64,000 bases of DNA, taken from IMG/VR virus record IMGVR_UViG_3300032285_003860; one strand, written 5' to 3'. This DNA is from a virus. The translations under genes were made by a program, and so were the position numbers. The notes under the pieces were generated by a model. The model was not told where the DNA came from and did not search any database. It was given only the letters and a program-made list of their open reading frames with translations. This document shows, piece by piece, positions 49,060 to 56,686 of the stretch; positions within the stretch are counted from its first letter, which is position 1, and each line of letters starts with the position of its first letter.

Positions 49060-49782
49060 ATGAAATATCTTAGCGTATTTATATCAGACACCCACATTGG
49101 AAGCAAAAATACTAATATAAAGAAGCTTTTGTCTTTTTTAAAAGAAGTAGAATGCGAAAACTTATTTATCGTTGGAGATTTTATTGATGGATGGGAATTA
49201 AAATCCAAATGGCGTTGGAAAAATGACTATAACACGCTCTTGCAAAAACTCTTAAGAAAGAGTCGCAAAGGAACAAAAATATACCTATTGATTGGAAATC
49301 ACGATGATTTCCTTTTTCCTTTTAAAGATACAGAATTTGGCAATATATCCATACTGCGCGATTATGTTCATGTTACCGCAAATAAGAAAAAATGTTTAGT
49401 TATTCATGGCGACCAGTTTGATGGCATAATTAAATATGCAAAATGGTTGCAACACATTGGCTCTCACCTCTATAATTTAATCATTGACCTAAATACCCTA
49501 ATCAATAGATTAGCTAGAAAATTTGGCAAAACATATAGCTTTGCAAAAGCAATAAAACAAAACACAAAAGCCGCATTAAGTTTTATAAACAAATTTGAGC
49601 AATGCGTAATTGATGATGCAAAAAAGCATAACGCAGAAATTGTGATTTGCGGTCATGTTCATACCCCTTGTCATAAAAAAATAGAAGGCATTGAATATTT
49701 TAATTGTGGTTCTTGGCAGGAAGATGAATTTCATGCTGTGGTAGAGACTCAAGATGGAAAATTAAAACTAATTGATTTATGA
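49060..49782 (+). CDS. PlcP/LpxH-like metallophosphoesterase (putative phospholipase C)
   Basis: FISDTHIG, VGDFIDGW, QKLLRKSRKGT, GNHDD, HGDQFD..IKYAKWL, CGHVH, NCGSW. Confidence 0.8.
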   Translation: MKYLSVFISDTHIGSKNTNIKKLLSFLKEVECENLFIVGDFIDGWELKSKWRWKNDYNTLLQKLLRKSRKGTKIYLLIGNHDDFLFPFKDTEFGNISILRDYVHVTANKKKCLVIHGDQFDGIIKYAKWLQHIGSHLYNLIIDLNTLINRLARKFGKTYSFAKAIKQNTKAALSFINKFEQCVIDDAKKHNAEIVICGHVHTPCHKKIEGIEYFNCGSWQEDEFHAVVETQDGKLKLIDL

Positions 49783-50819
49783 AATGCGTATTTATTATTC
49801 AAGGAGAAGGCAGAGGGCATTCGACCCAAGCAATAGCGTTAGCGCAAATGCTAAAAGAACTTGGGGTAGAAGTTATTGCAGCATATATTGGTAAAAATCA
49901 TATTGGACGTAACCATGATTGGGTATTTAAAGAAATTGGAGTTGATGAGAATTATTTTTATAGCCCCAATTTTGTTTACAAAAACAACGAAGTGTCATTA
50001 AAAAGAACTGCTTTTAAATTCATTAAAAATATTTTTCAAATAAGAAAATCAATAAAACATCTCAAAAATGAACTTAAACAAATCAATCCAGATTTTGTGG
50101 TCAATTTTTATGAGCCACTTGCCCCTTTTGCTAAATCTGGCTTACAGATTCCTACTGTAACCATAGGGCATCAATTTTTAATTGACCATCCAAGTTATCC
50201 GCAGCAATTACCAATGCAAAGGAAATTAATCAGCCTTTTTAACAAATTAGTATCCTACCATAGCACTAAAGTAATAGCCCTTAGCTTTTATCCTTTAGTT
50301 GGTCAATACAAACACTATATCGCTCCTCCTCTTTTAAGAGAAGAAGTATTAAAAGCAAAACCAAAAACTATTTTCAATAAAGTTGTTGCGTATGTAATTA
50401 ATCCAATTTTTGTTCATAGTATCACTCAACAAGCATTTTGTTATTTAAAATATAAATTCACAATTTATAACGAATTATACGAACACAAAGGATTTAATTT
50501 TCAATCTAAGAAAATTTCCCCAGCTTTTGTTGATGATTTATTATCTGCCGAATATATTGTAACATCGGGGGGTTTTGAAACAATTTCAGAAGCTCATTAT
50601 CACGAAAAAAAGATTTTAGCCGTGCCTGTTAAAAATCATGCAGAACAAACCCTCAATACTATAGATGCATCAGAGAGAGGAATCATATTAACAAATAATG
50701 ATTATGATTTAAGTAAACTGCTTTTAAAAAATAATAGATTTCAAAAATCGCAATTTTCAAAAGAAGAATATAAAGAATGGTATATTAGATTCTTTAAAAA
50801 CTTTATCAAAAATATTTGA
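49779..50819 (+). CDS. GT-B glycosyltransferase (MJ1255/VC2487, GT28-like)
   Basis: QGEGRGHSTQ, PDFVVNFYEP, TSGGFETISEA, PVKNHAEQ..N; ATGA overlap with the upstream gene. Confidence 0.8.
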   Translation: MKCVFIIQGEGRGHSTQAIALAQMLKELGVEVIAAYIGKNHIGRNHDWVFKEIGVDENYFYSPNFVYKNNEVSLKRTAFKFIKNIFQIRKSIKHLKNELKQINPDFVVNFYEPLAPFAKSGLQIPTVTIGHQFLIDHPSYPQQLPMQRKLISLFNKLVSYHSTKVIALSFYPLVGQYKHYIAPPLLREEVLKAKPKTIFNKVVAYVINPIFVHSITQQAFCYLKYKFTIYNELYEHKGFNFQSKKISPAFVDDLLSAEYIVTSGGFETISEAHYHEKKILAVPVKNHAEQTLNTIDASERGIILTNNDYDLSKLLLKNNRFQKSQFSKEEYKEWYIRFFKNFIKNI

Positions 50820-50867
50820 GATTTAATAAAAAATAAGCGTATTATACATTAAATAGAGTTTTAAGAG

Positions 50868-50896
50868 TTGACAAAATTTTAACGAGTTGATATACT
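50868..50896 (+). promoter_or_regulatory. Strong sigma70 promoter of tRNA cluster
   Basis: TTGACA-N17-TATACT with extended TG. Confidence 0.75.
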
Positions 50897-50975
50897 GATT
50901 TAGGCTTAGACCAGTAGGTGTGCCATAACACCATGCTGCGTTCTGCGGGGTTAAAAACCGCGTGAGCGGCTGAAT

Positions 50976-51061
50976 GCATGGTTATTCCGTAGGAGTAGCG
51001 GGGCAGACTGTAAATCTGCTGCTTAATTGCTCGGGGAGTGCGACTCTCTCACCATGCACCA
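50976..51061 (+). tRNA. tRNA-Tyr(GTA)
   Basis: Acceptor GCATGGT/ACCATGC-A-CCA, anticodon arm GCAGA-CTGTAAA-TCTGC, long variable arm; T-loop TGCGACT. Confidence 0.88.
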
Positions 51062-51065
51062 TTTA

Positions 51066-51141
51066 CGAAGCGTAGGATAATGGCTATTCCGCCAGTTTTG
51101 GGTACTGGATATTGTGGATTCGAGTTCCACCGCTTCGACCA
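51066..51141 (+). tRNA. tRNA-Pro(TGG)
   Basis: Acceptor CGAAGCG/CGCTTCG-A-CCA, CCAGT-TTTGGGT-ACTGG, T-loop TTCGAGT. Confidence 0.92.
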
Positions 51142-51142
51142 T

Positions 51143-51514
51143 TTAATCAGCGTGAAGTTCTGCGTGGCAATTAGCGCAAATTAACTCGCATTTTTCGGCT
51201 TCTTTATAAGCAGCAGCTTTTCCTTTTAAAGCAAATAATTTACTAACTAAAGCTTCTTTTTTTAAAGGGTCTTTATGGTGAAAATGTAAAGCATCAAAAC
51301 ACTTATCATAAGAACACCTAGAGCATTTTCCCCCGTAAAGATTTTTTAATTCAAATAATTGAATTTTTCTATTTTTTCGGCGATATGCTAAAAATTTTTC
51401 TTTTGCTCCTTCGGCGCAATGATAATTAATTGTAGCTTTTGAGCAGTTTAGTATTTTGGAAATTTCACTATAAGATTTCCCTTTTTTTCTTAATTTGAGT
51501 ATTTTTTCTTTCAT
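51143..51514 (-). CDS. HNH endonuclease with N-terminal HTH
   Basis: GKSYSEISKILNCSKATI; CSRC...LHFHH.DP...CELICANCHAELH. Confidence 0.85.
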   Translation of the reverse strand: MKEKILKLRKKGKSYSEISKILNCSKATINYHCAEGAKEKFLAYRRKNRKIQLFELKNLYGGKCSRCSYDKCFDALHFHHKDPLKKEALVSKLFALKGKAAAYKEAEKCELICANCHAELHAD

Positions 51515-51614
51515 AAAAGAACTTACACAAGTTTAAATCATTTGAGAAGACTCGAACTATTTATGCGACAATAATCATAATTTAATTTTATGCGTTATAT
51601 AGCAGATAATTTAT

Positions 51615-51688
51615 GCGGTAGTGTTGTAGTAGTAGCAAACGAGTTTTCCAAACTTGGAGTGACGGGGCAGAACCGTCTTACCGCACCA
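51615..51688 (+). tRNA. tRNA-Gly(TCC), atypical
   Basis: Acceptor GCGGTAG/TTACCGC-A-CCA, CGAGT-TTTCCAA-ACTTG, T-arm GACGG-GGCAGAA-CCGTC. Confidence 0.82.
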
Positions 51689-51801
51689 TCTTTATACCCC
51701 CCGCAAACGCTATGCTATTGCAAAATAGCATCGACGCAGCATGAGACTAGGACACATGATGGTCTAGTGGACGCACTAGAATGGGGGTTTGTTAATTTCA
51801 T

Positions 51802-51876
51802 TCCAAAATAGCTCAATGGTGGAGCAAGATGCTGTTAACATCAAGGTTCTAGGTTCAAGTCCTAGTTTTGGAGCCA
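51802..51876 (+). tRNA. tRNA-Asn(GTT)
   Basis: Acceptor TCCAAAA/TTTTGGA-G-CCA, anticodon loop CTGTTAA, T-loop TTCAAGT. Confidence 0.93.
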
Positions 51877-51962
51877 ATTCTAATTATATGAAAAATATCT
51901 TTTTAGAGGTTTTTGAGCGTCTAATTATATGAAAATCTTTTCGCAGGTGCGAGAATGGTGGA

Positions 51963-51991
51963 GGCGCAGGGAAACCTGCGCCCTTTTAATT
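51963..51991 (+). terminator. Terminator-like hairpin
   Basis: GGCGCAGG-GAAA-CCTGCGCC followed by CTTTTAATT. Confidence 0.6.
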
Positions 51992-51992
51992 T

Positions 51993-52121
51993 ATGTTTAA
52001 ATATTTAATAATAATTTCTTTGTTTTTGGCAGGTGGATGTAGCTCAATGCAGCAAAATCAAAATTCTGATTCTCCAAATATTATGATAATTGGTGGTTAT
52101 GTGTTAGTAATGCCAGAATAG
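51993..52121 (+). CDS. Small lipoprotein (42 aa)
   Basis: MFKYLIIISLFLAGGCSS lipobox. Confidence 0.5.
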   Translation: MFKYLIIISLFLAGGCSSMQQNQNSDSPNIMIIGGYVLVMPE

Positions 52122-52202
52122 AGTGTAAGCCATTATGAGTGATTATTTTTTGGATAATGTTAGGAATTTGTTTTTTATATTTATGTAAAAATAAAGATTA
52201 AC

Positions 52203-52276
52203 TCCCGCTTAGTATAAAAGTATTACAAGAGACTTTGAATCTCAAGAAATTGGAGCATTACCAGTAGCGGGAACCA
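52203..52276 (+). tRNA. tRNA-Gln(TTG), atypical elbow
   Basis: Acceptor TCCCGCT/AGCGGGA-A-CCA, GAGA-CTTTGAA-TCTC, T-arm ATTGG-AGCATTA-CCAGT. Confidence 0.82.
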
Positions 52277-52297
52277 TAAAGCCGTGTATTATAAATT

Positions 52298-52588
52298 ATG
52301 AGTAATAAATATTATTTAGAAATCAATTTGTTAAGCAATGCAGACATAGAATCTGATGCAAGAGACATTTCCTATAAATCTCGCAAGGAAATGAAAGATA
52401 GTGATTTTCTTGACCCAGAAAATCGCAGTTTTCCAGTCACAACCTGTGAAGATGTAATGGCAGCAGTTCACGCATGGGGAAGATATAAAGGCTCAATGAG
52501 CTTTGAAACTTTTAAAGCTAAACTCACTCGCAAAGCGCATCAACTTGGATGCAAACTTCCAGAAAGCTGGACAGAAAAAAAGGATTAA
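52298..52588 (+). CDS. Hypothetical phage protein
   Basis: SDFLDPENRSFPV...DV.AAV.AWGRY motif. Confidence 0.6.
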   Translation: MSNKYYLEINLLSNADIESDARDISYKSRKEMKDSDFLDPENRSFPVTTCEDVMAAVHAWGRYKGSMSFETFKAKLTRKAHQLGCKLPESWTEKKD

Positions 52589-52589
52589 T

Positions 52590-52883
52590 ATGCCCTCAGT
52601 AAAAAAAGGTGAGAAACAATCTCACTATATGCACCGCTGCGTACCTATGCTCATCAAAGAAGGCAAGAAGCAAGACCAAGCTGTAGCTCAATGCCTTTCC
52701 ATGTTTAAACAAAAATGGAAAGCAAAAGGCGAAGAAGTACCAGATGAATCATCCGCTGAATTTCAAAATGCCCTTGCCAACTTTGATTGGGATAATTGCC
52801 CCGAATGTCTTGCTAGAGAATCAGAAGCAAATCATAAAATCGGCATATTTAATATTGACTTTCCAAATAAAAAACTTTCTTAA
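52590..52883 (+). CDS. Hypothetical phage protein
   Basis: MPSVKKGE...YM.RCVP.LIKEG...DQAVAQC.SM; ATG at 52590. Confidence 0.6.
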   Translation: MPSVKKGEKQSHYMHRCVPMLIKEGKKQDQAVAQCLSMFKQKWKAKGEEVPDESSAEFQNALANFDWDNCPECLARESEANHKIGIFNIDFPNKKLS

Positions 52884-52886
52884 ATT

Positions 52887-53633
52887 GTGCAAAATATAAT
52901 TGAAATAGATTTTAGCGAACTTAACAGTTTTAGTTCTTTAGGTTTTAATAAAGAATCATTAACAAATACAATTAATTATTTATCAAATAAAAATAAAGTT
53001 TTAGTTTTGGCTACTTCCAATCGCTGGGAAGGCGGCGATTATGAACCAGCAAAATCAACGCAACTTGCCCAATTTGTTACTAAAAAGTTAGGTTCTAAAG
53101 CCTCTTTTATTGATGTTAGCAAATTACATATTGAAATTTGCGAAGGAAATGTTTCAACTAATTTAGGCAATCGTTGCGGATTAAAAGATGCTTCATTAAA
53201 AGACAAAGACAAAAATCCAAGTGGATACCATCGTTGTTGGGCAAGCATAAACAATCAAGACGATGAATTATGGAAGATTAGCAAAGAGCTTTTTCAAAGC
53301 GATGCAGTATTATTTTTTACTTCTATCCGATGGGGGCAAACAAATAGCATTTATCAAAAATTAATAGAAAGATTAGACTGGATTGAAAATCGCCACACCA
53401 CTTTGGGCGAAGATAATATAGTTAAAAACATAGACGCAGGAATTATTGCCATTGGTCAAAATTGGAATGGGAAAAACGTAATAAATACAGAATCTCAAGT
53501 TTTAAAGTATTTTGGTTTCAAAACCCCCAGCGAATTAGCTTGGAATTGGCAATATACAAGCAATGACTTGGATGAATCTCAAGAAAGTTATAAGGCGGCA
53601 GTCAAATCTTTTGATAAAACTTTTTTAACTTGA
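52887..53633 (+). CDS. Flavodoxin-like / NAD(P)H-dependent FMN reductase family protein
   Basis: TSNR..KSTQLA, CEG...C..C, SDAVLFFTSIRWG...YQKLIERL. Confidence 0.75.
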   Translation: MQNIIEIDFSELNSFSSLGFNKESLTNTINYLSNKNKVLVLATSNRWEGGDYEPAKSTQLAQFVTKKLGSKASFIDVSKLHIEICEGNVSTNLGNRCGLKDASLKDKDKNPSGYHRCWASINNQDDELWKISKELFQSDAVLFFTSIRWGQTNSIYQKLIERLDWIENRHTTLGEDNIVKNIDAGIIAIGQNWNGKNVINTESQVLKYFGFKTPSELAWNWQYTSNDLDESQESYKAAVKSFDKTFLT

Positions 53634-53662
53634 CATTTTTAGCCGTAAGAGTTAATATAATT

Positions 53663-53745
53663 ATACAGAGTCACCCTTAATTTTGCTGTTTCTTGGGGGC
53701 TTATATTTGCTGAAGCACAACAGCGCCAAGCAAATAACTTTGTAT
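53663..53745 (+). ncRNA. Candidate three-way-junction RNA with kissing loops
   Basis: P1 ATACAGAGT/ACTTTGTAT, P2 CCCTTAA/TTGGGGG, P3 TATTTGCT/AGCAAATA; loops TGCTGTT and AACAGCG are complementary. Confidence 0.45.
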
Positions 53746-53795
53746 TTTGTGTCGCATCCCGATAGGAGGATTCCATAAGGGTCGGCACATTTTTT

Positions 53796-53870
53796 GCCGG
53801 ATAAGCATAGATAGCGATGCAGGGGTTTTGTAAACCTCAGAGGAGAGCGCAAGTCTCTCATTTGGCTCCA
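53796..53870 (+). tRNA. tRNA-Thr(TGT), atypical elbow
   Basis: Acceptor GCCGGAT/ATTTGGC-T-CCA, GGGGT-TTTGTAA-ACCTC, T-arm GAGAG-CGCAAGT-CTCTC. Confidence 0.82.
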
Positions 53871-53930
53871 TTTTGTCAGCAGACCCCCGCCGCCTCTTAA
53901 TAATGCGTAATCGTGGGGGTGTTTAATTTT

Positions 53931-54006
53931 GGGAGATTAGCTCAGTTAGTAGAGTAGCTCGCTTACACCGAGAAGGTCACAGGAGCAAAGCCTGTATCTC
54001 CCACCA
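53931..54006 (+). tRNA. tRNA-Val(TAC), atypical elbow
   Basis: Acceptor GGGAGAT/ATCTCCC-A-CCA, CTCG-CTTACAC-CGAG, T-arm ACAGG-AGCAAAG-CCTGT. Confidence 0.88.
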
Positions 54007-54015
54007 TTTTAAATT

Positions 54016-54104
54016 GGATGAGTAACCAGACAGGCGAACTGGAACCGACTTGAAATCGGCTTGTTCCTTACGGGAATGGGTTTCGACTACTCACTCATCC
54101 GCCA
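54016..54104 (+). tRNA. tRNA-Ser(TGA)
   Basis: Acceptor GGATGAG/CTCATCC-G-CCA, CCGA-CTTGAAA-TCGG, long variable arm, T-loop TTCGACT. Confidence 0.9.
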
Positions 54105-54146
54105 TTTTTTTAGACACTTTATCTTTTTTTGTGTAATATAAAGTAT

Positions 54147-54650
54147 ATGGCAAACCCTTTTACAAGAGATTACGTTGATATTTTAAATTTCCGCATTGAA
54201 CAAGAAGAAATTGCTTCTCGTTTATATGAAGCTATGTCGCTTTGGCTTGACAATAGTGGATATGTAAACGCTGCAAAAAGATGGAAAAAAGATTCTTTGG
54301 ATGAACTCGTCCATGCAGGATGGGCAAAAGAATATCTTTTAGACATGGGAATCACTCCAAAACTTTCTACTCTCCCAGAATGCCCAACGAGTTTCAAAGG
54401 ATTACCAGATGTTATCAGACAAACTTATGCTTTAGAAATTAAAGTTACCCAGCAATGCAATGATTTGTCCGAATTCGCTATGAAAATAGGCAATCATTTG
54501 CTTCACCAACTTGCGTTAAAGTTTTTAGCTGAACAACAAAAAGGAATGGGCGAAATTCAAACTCTCATGGATAAACTTGCCACTTTTGGCGAAGACAAAA
54601 TTGCCATGCGTTTGTTTGACCACGACTTCCAAGAAGAGCAAGAAGGTTAA
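54147..54650 (+). CDS. ftn: Ferritin
   Basis: LN.RI.QEE.ASRLY.AMS.WLD..GY..AA..W....DEL.HA; E.KVT; FL.EQ. Confidence 0.85.
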   Translation: MANPFTRDYVDILNFRIEQEEIASRLYEAMSLWLDNSGYVNAAKRWKKDSLDELVHAGWAKEYLLDMGITPKLSTLPECPTSFKGLPDVIRQTYALEIKVTQQCNDLSEFAMKIGNHLLHQLALKFLAEQQKGMGEIQTLMDKLATFGEDKIAMRLFDHDFQEEQEG

Positions 54651-54673
54651 TGAAGTAAAACAAAACAAATAAT

Positions 54674-54708
54674 CCCGCACTCTCAATCTGGAGGGTGCGG
54701 GTTTTTTC
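54674..54708 (+). terminator. Intrinsic terminator
   Basis: CCCGCACTCTC...GAGGGTGCGGG-TTTTTT. Confidence 0.8.
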
Positions 54709-54753
54709 TTGACATATATCAAAAATATGTAAACATTTATTATAAAATAAAAT

Positions 54754-54939
54754 ATGGGCAATACCGAAGAGCATTTTGCAATAATAGAAAATTCAATTAA
54801 TTGGCTCACTAAAGAAATTGAAATGATTCATCAAAGCAGGTCCCCAAATAAACCTCTTAGTAAAGAAAAAATGCTCCATGCCATTAATTTGCAAAACAAA
54901 CTGAATTGGGAGCGAAAGCAAATAGAAAAGTATGAATAA
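54754..54939 (+). CDS. Hypothetical protein
   Basis: 61-aa ORF after a TTGACA-type site. Confidence 0.5.
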   Translation: MGNTEEHFAIIENSINWLTKEIEMIHQSRSPNKPLSKEKMLHAINLQNKLNWERKQIEKYE

Positions 54940-55180
54940 ATTAATTATTGATAGGCAAAAATTATTTAAATTTTATTTAGAAAAAGTTAATCACCTTTGC
55001 GATAGCTGTGATTGGATTACATCAGTATCTCCAGAATTGATAATTGATATTATTGCAGAAGCAATAGAACAAAATCCTTCGATAGTAATTGAAGATACAA
55101 CAATGCAAATAATAGAAGAAGGAATAGAAAATTTAAAAAAAGAAAAAGTTTTAAAGCTAATAAATAACCAACTTAATTAA
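54932..55180 (+). CDS. Hypothetical protein
   Basis: 82-aa ORF, CDSCDW. Confidence 0.5.
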   Translation: MNKLIIDRQKLFKFYLEKVNHLCDSCDWITSVSPELIIDIIAEAIEQNPSIVIEDTTMQIIEEGIENLKKEKVLKLINNQLN

Positions 55181-55365
55181 TGAACAAAAAAGTCAACAAA
55201 ATCATCTCAAGTCACATCACAAAAATAGAAAAAATTGACACCACTCAGCCATTAGCAAAAGTCGTTAAAGAAATTGACTCTATAACACAAGATACTTATA
55301 GAGAACTTTATAATTACAGAGAAAAGAAAGAGACCCCAGACAAGAAGAAAGGCCATTGCTGTTAA
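55180..55365 (+). CDS. Hypothetical protein
   Basis: 61-aa ORF, TAATG coupling. Confidence 0.5.
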   Translation: MNKKVNKIISSHITKIEKIDTTQPLAKVVKEIDSITQDTYRELYNYREKKETPDKKKGHCC

Positions 55366-55381
55366 AAAATAGCATTAATGT

Positions 55382-55410
55382 TTGACATATAAAGCAGTGT
55401 CTGATATAGT
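55382..55410 (+). promoter_or_regulatory. sigma70-type promoter
   Basis: TTGACA-N17-TATAGT with extended TG. Confidence 0.65.
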
Positions 55411-55417
55411 ATTTTAT

Positions 55418-56053
55418 ATGTCGGAATTTATGAATCGGAATAGCGTATTGGTTCTAAATGCTTTATATCAACCAATAGGAACAGTTTCTCCAAAGAAAGC
55501 CCTTGTCGCCCTCAATTCAACAATTGATGGAAATCAATATTCTTCTAAAGCCATTGACATTATCTATGCCAAAAATCCAGATGGCACTTTCGATTTAGAA
55601 AATGTTATAACTTTTCAAAATTATAATTTTGAAGAATGGTTGATGGTTGATTTTCGAGAAGGTCTTGACCAAATAGTTCATACATCAAGACTACAAATAA
55701 GATGCCCCACTATCATAATGACTAACTATAGCAAAATGCCTATGCGCAAATTTAGAGCAACAAAAACGCTGCTTTATGAAATGCAAAAAGGCATCTGCGG
55801 TTATTCAGGCAAGAAAATGCCAATGAAAGCGATGAGTATAGAGCATAAACGCCCCAAAAGTAAGGGCGGCGGCGAAACTTTTCAAAACTTGATGGTAGTT
55901 GACAAAGATATAAATAGCAGGAGAGGAAATAAACCCTTGAAGGAGGTCGGTTTAAAAGCTCTTTTTAATCACAGAGAGCCGCAACCATTGCCTGTCGCTT
56001 ACGCAATAAAAAGCGCAGTTCATCCAGATTGGAATTATTTTATTGCAAAATAA
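55418..56053 (+). CDS. HNH endonuclease (McrA-like)
   Basis: VLVLNA.YQP, CGYSG..SIEH..PKSKGG..TF.NL.V....N..RGNK. Confidence 0.85.
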   Translation: MSEFMNRNSVLVLNALYQPIGTVSPKKALVALNSTIDGNQYSSKAIDIIYAKNPDGTFDLENVITFQNYNFEEWLMVDFREGLDQIVHTSRLQIRCPTIIMTNYSKMPMRKFRATKTLLYEMQKGICGYSGKKMPMKAMSIEHKRPKSKGGGETFQNLMVVDKDINSRRGNKPLKEVGLKALFNHREPQPLPVAYAIKSAVHPDWNYFIAK

Positions 56054-56056
56054 ATT

Positions 56057-56653
56057 ATGAAAAAAATATTTAACATTAAAATCTCAGAAGACGGCTTAAA
56101 CTCTATTATGAAGGCGCTTGAGTGCTATTCTCGCCTTGGCTTGAATCAGTTCGCATATTGCTTAGAGCATAATCCCAAATTTGATAGGCTAGATTGGGAC
56201 GATAAGCGCGAAATAGAAGAATATTTACGCCATAAGATTGATGCCCGCAATTTCGGCATCTATCACCCAGAAGTCGCTAAGTTTAATCAGGCTTTTCAAA
56301 TAAAGAAAGAAATTGAAAAACATATTTCTATTGCCAGAGAACCAATTATGCAACATATTACGAATAATTATGATGGAGCATTAGAAGAAGAAGCTTATTT
56401 GCCTTTTTTCTTTGACGACTCTGGCAATAAAATTGAACACAAAATCTCAATCAAGATTGATAAAAAACATCATTCCAAATTAAAAAAATTAAAAGAAAGT
56501 AAAAAATACGAAGAGCTTTGGCAATATGTTGATAAAAACATCAAAAATAATGATATTAAAGGCTTATCTAGTGAAATCAGCAGTGATTTTAATGAATTAA
56601 TTATTTATAAACCTTATAAATTAATTAAAACTGAGGAGCCTAAAAATGCTTGA
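56057..56653 (+). CDS. Hypothetical protein
   Basis: 198 aa, ALECYSRLGLNQF. Confidence 0.55.
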   Translation: MKKIFNIKISEDGLNSIMKALECYSRLGLNQFAYCLEHNPKFDRLDWDDKREIEEYLRHKIDARNFGIYHPEVAKFNQAFQIKKEIEKHISIAREPIMQHITNNYDGALEEEAYLPFFFDDSGNKIEHKISIKIDKKHHSKLKKLKESKKYEELWQYVDKNIKNNDIKGLSSEISSDFNELIIYKPYKLIKTEEPKNA

Positions 56654-56686
56654 CAGTTAGCCAAATAACACTTATTATAAGATAGT

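Noticed and set aside
51590-51811. 73-aa ORF (and 53661-53861 on minus)
   Set aside because: Overlap tRNA genes and structured RNA elements
54016-54104. Opal suppressor or selenocysteine tRNA, or recoded stop codons
   Set aside because: Anticodon UGA reads UCA (Ser); long genes are intact in the standard code and TAA, TAG and TGA all act as stops
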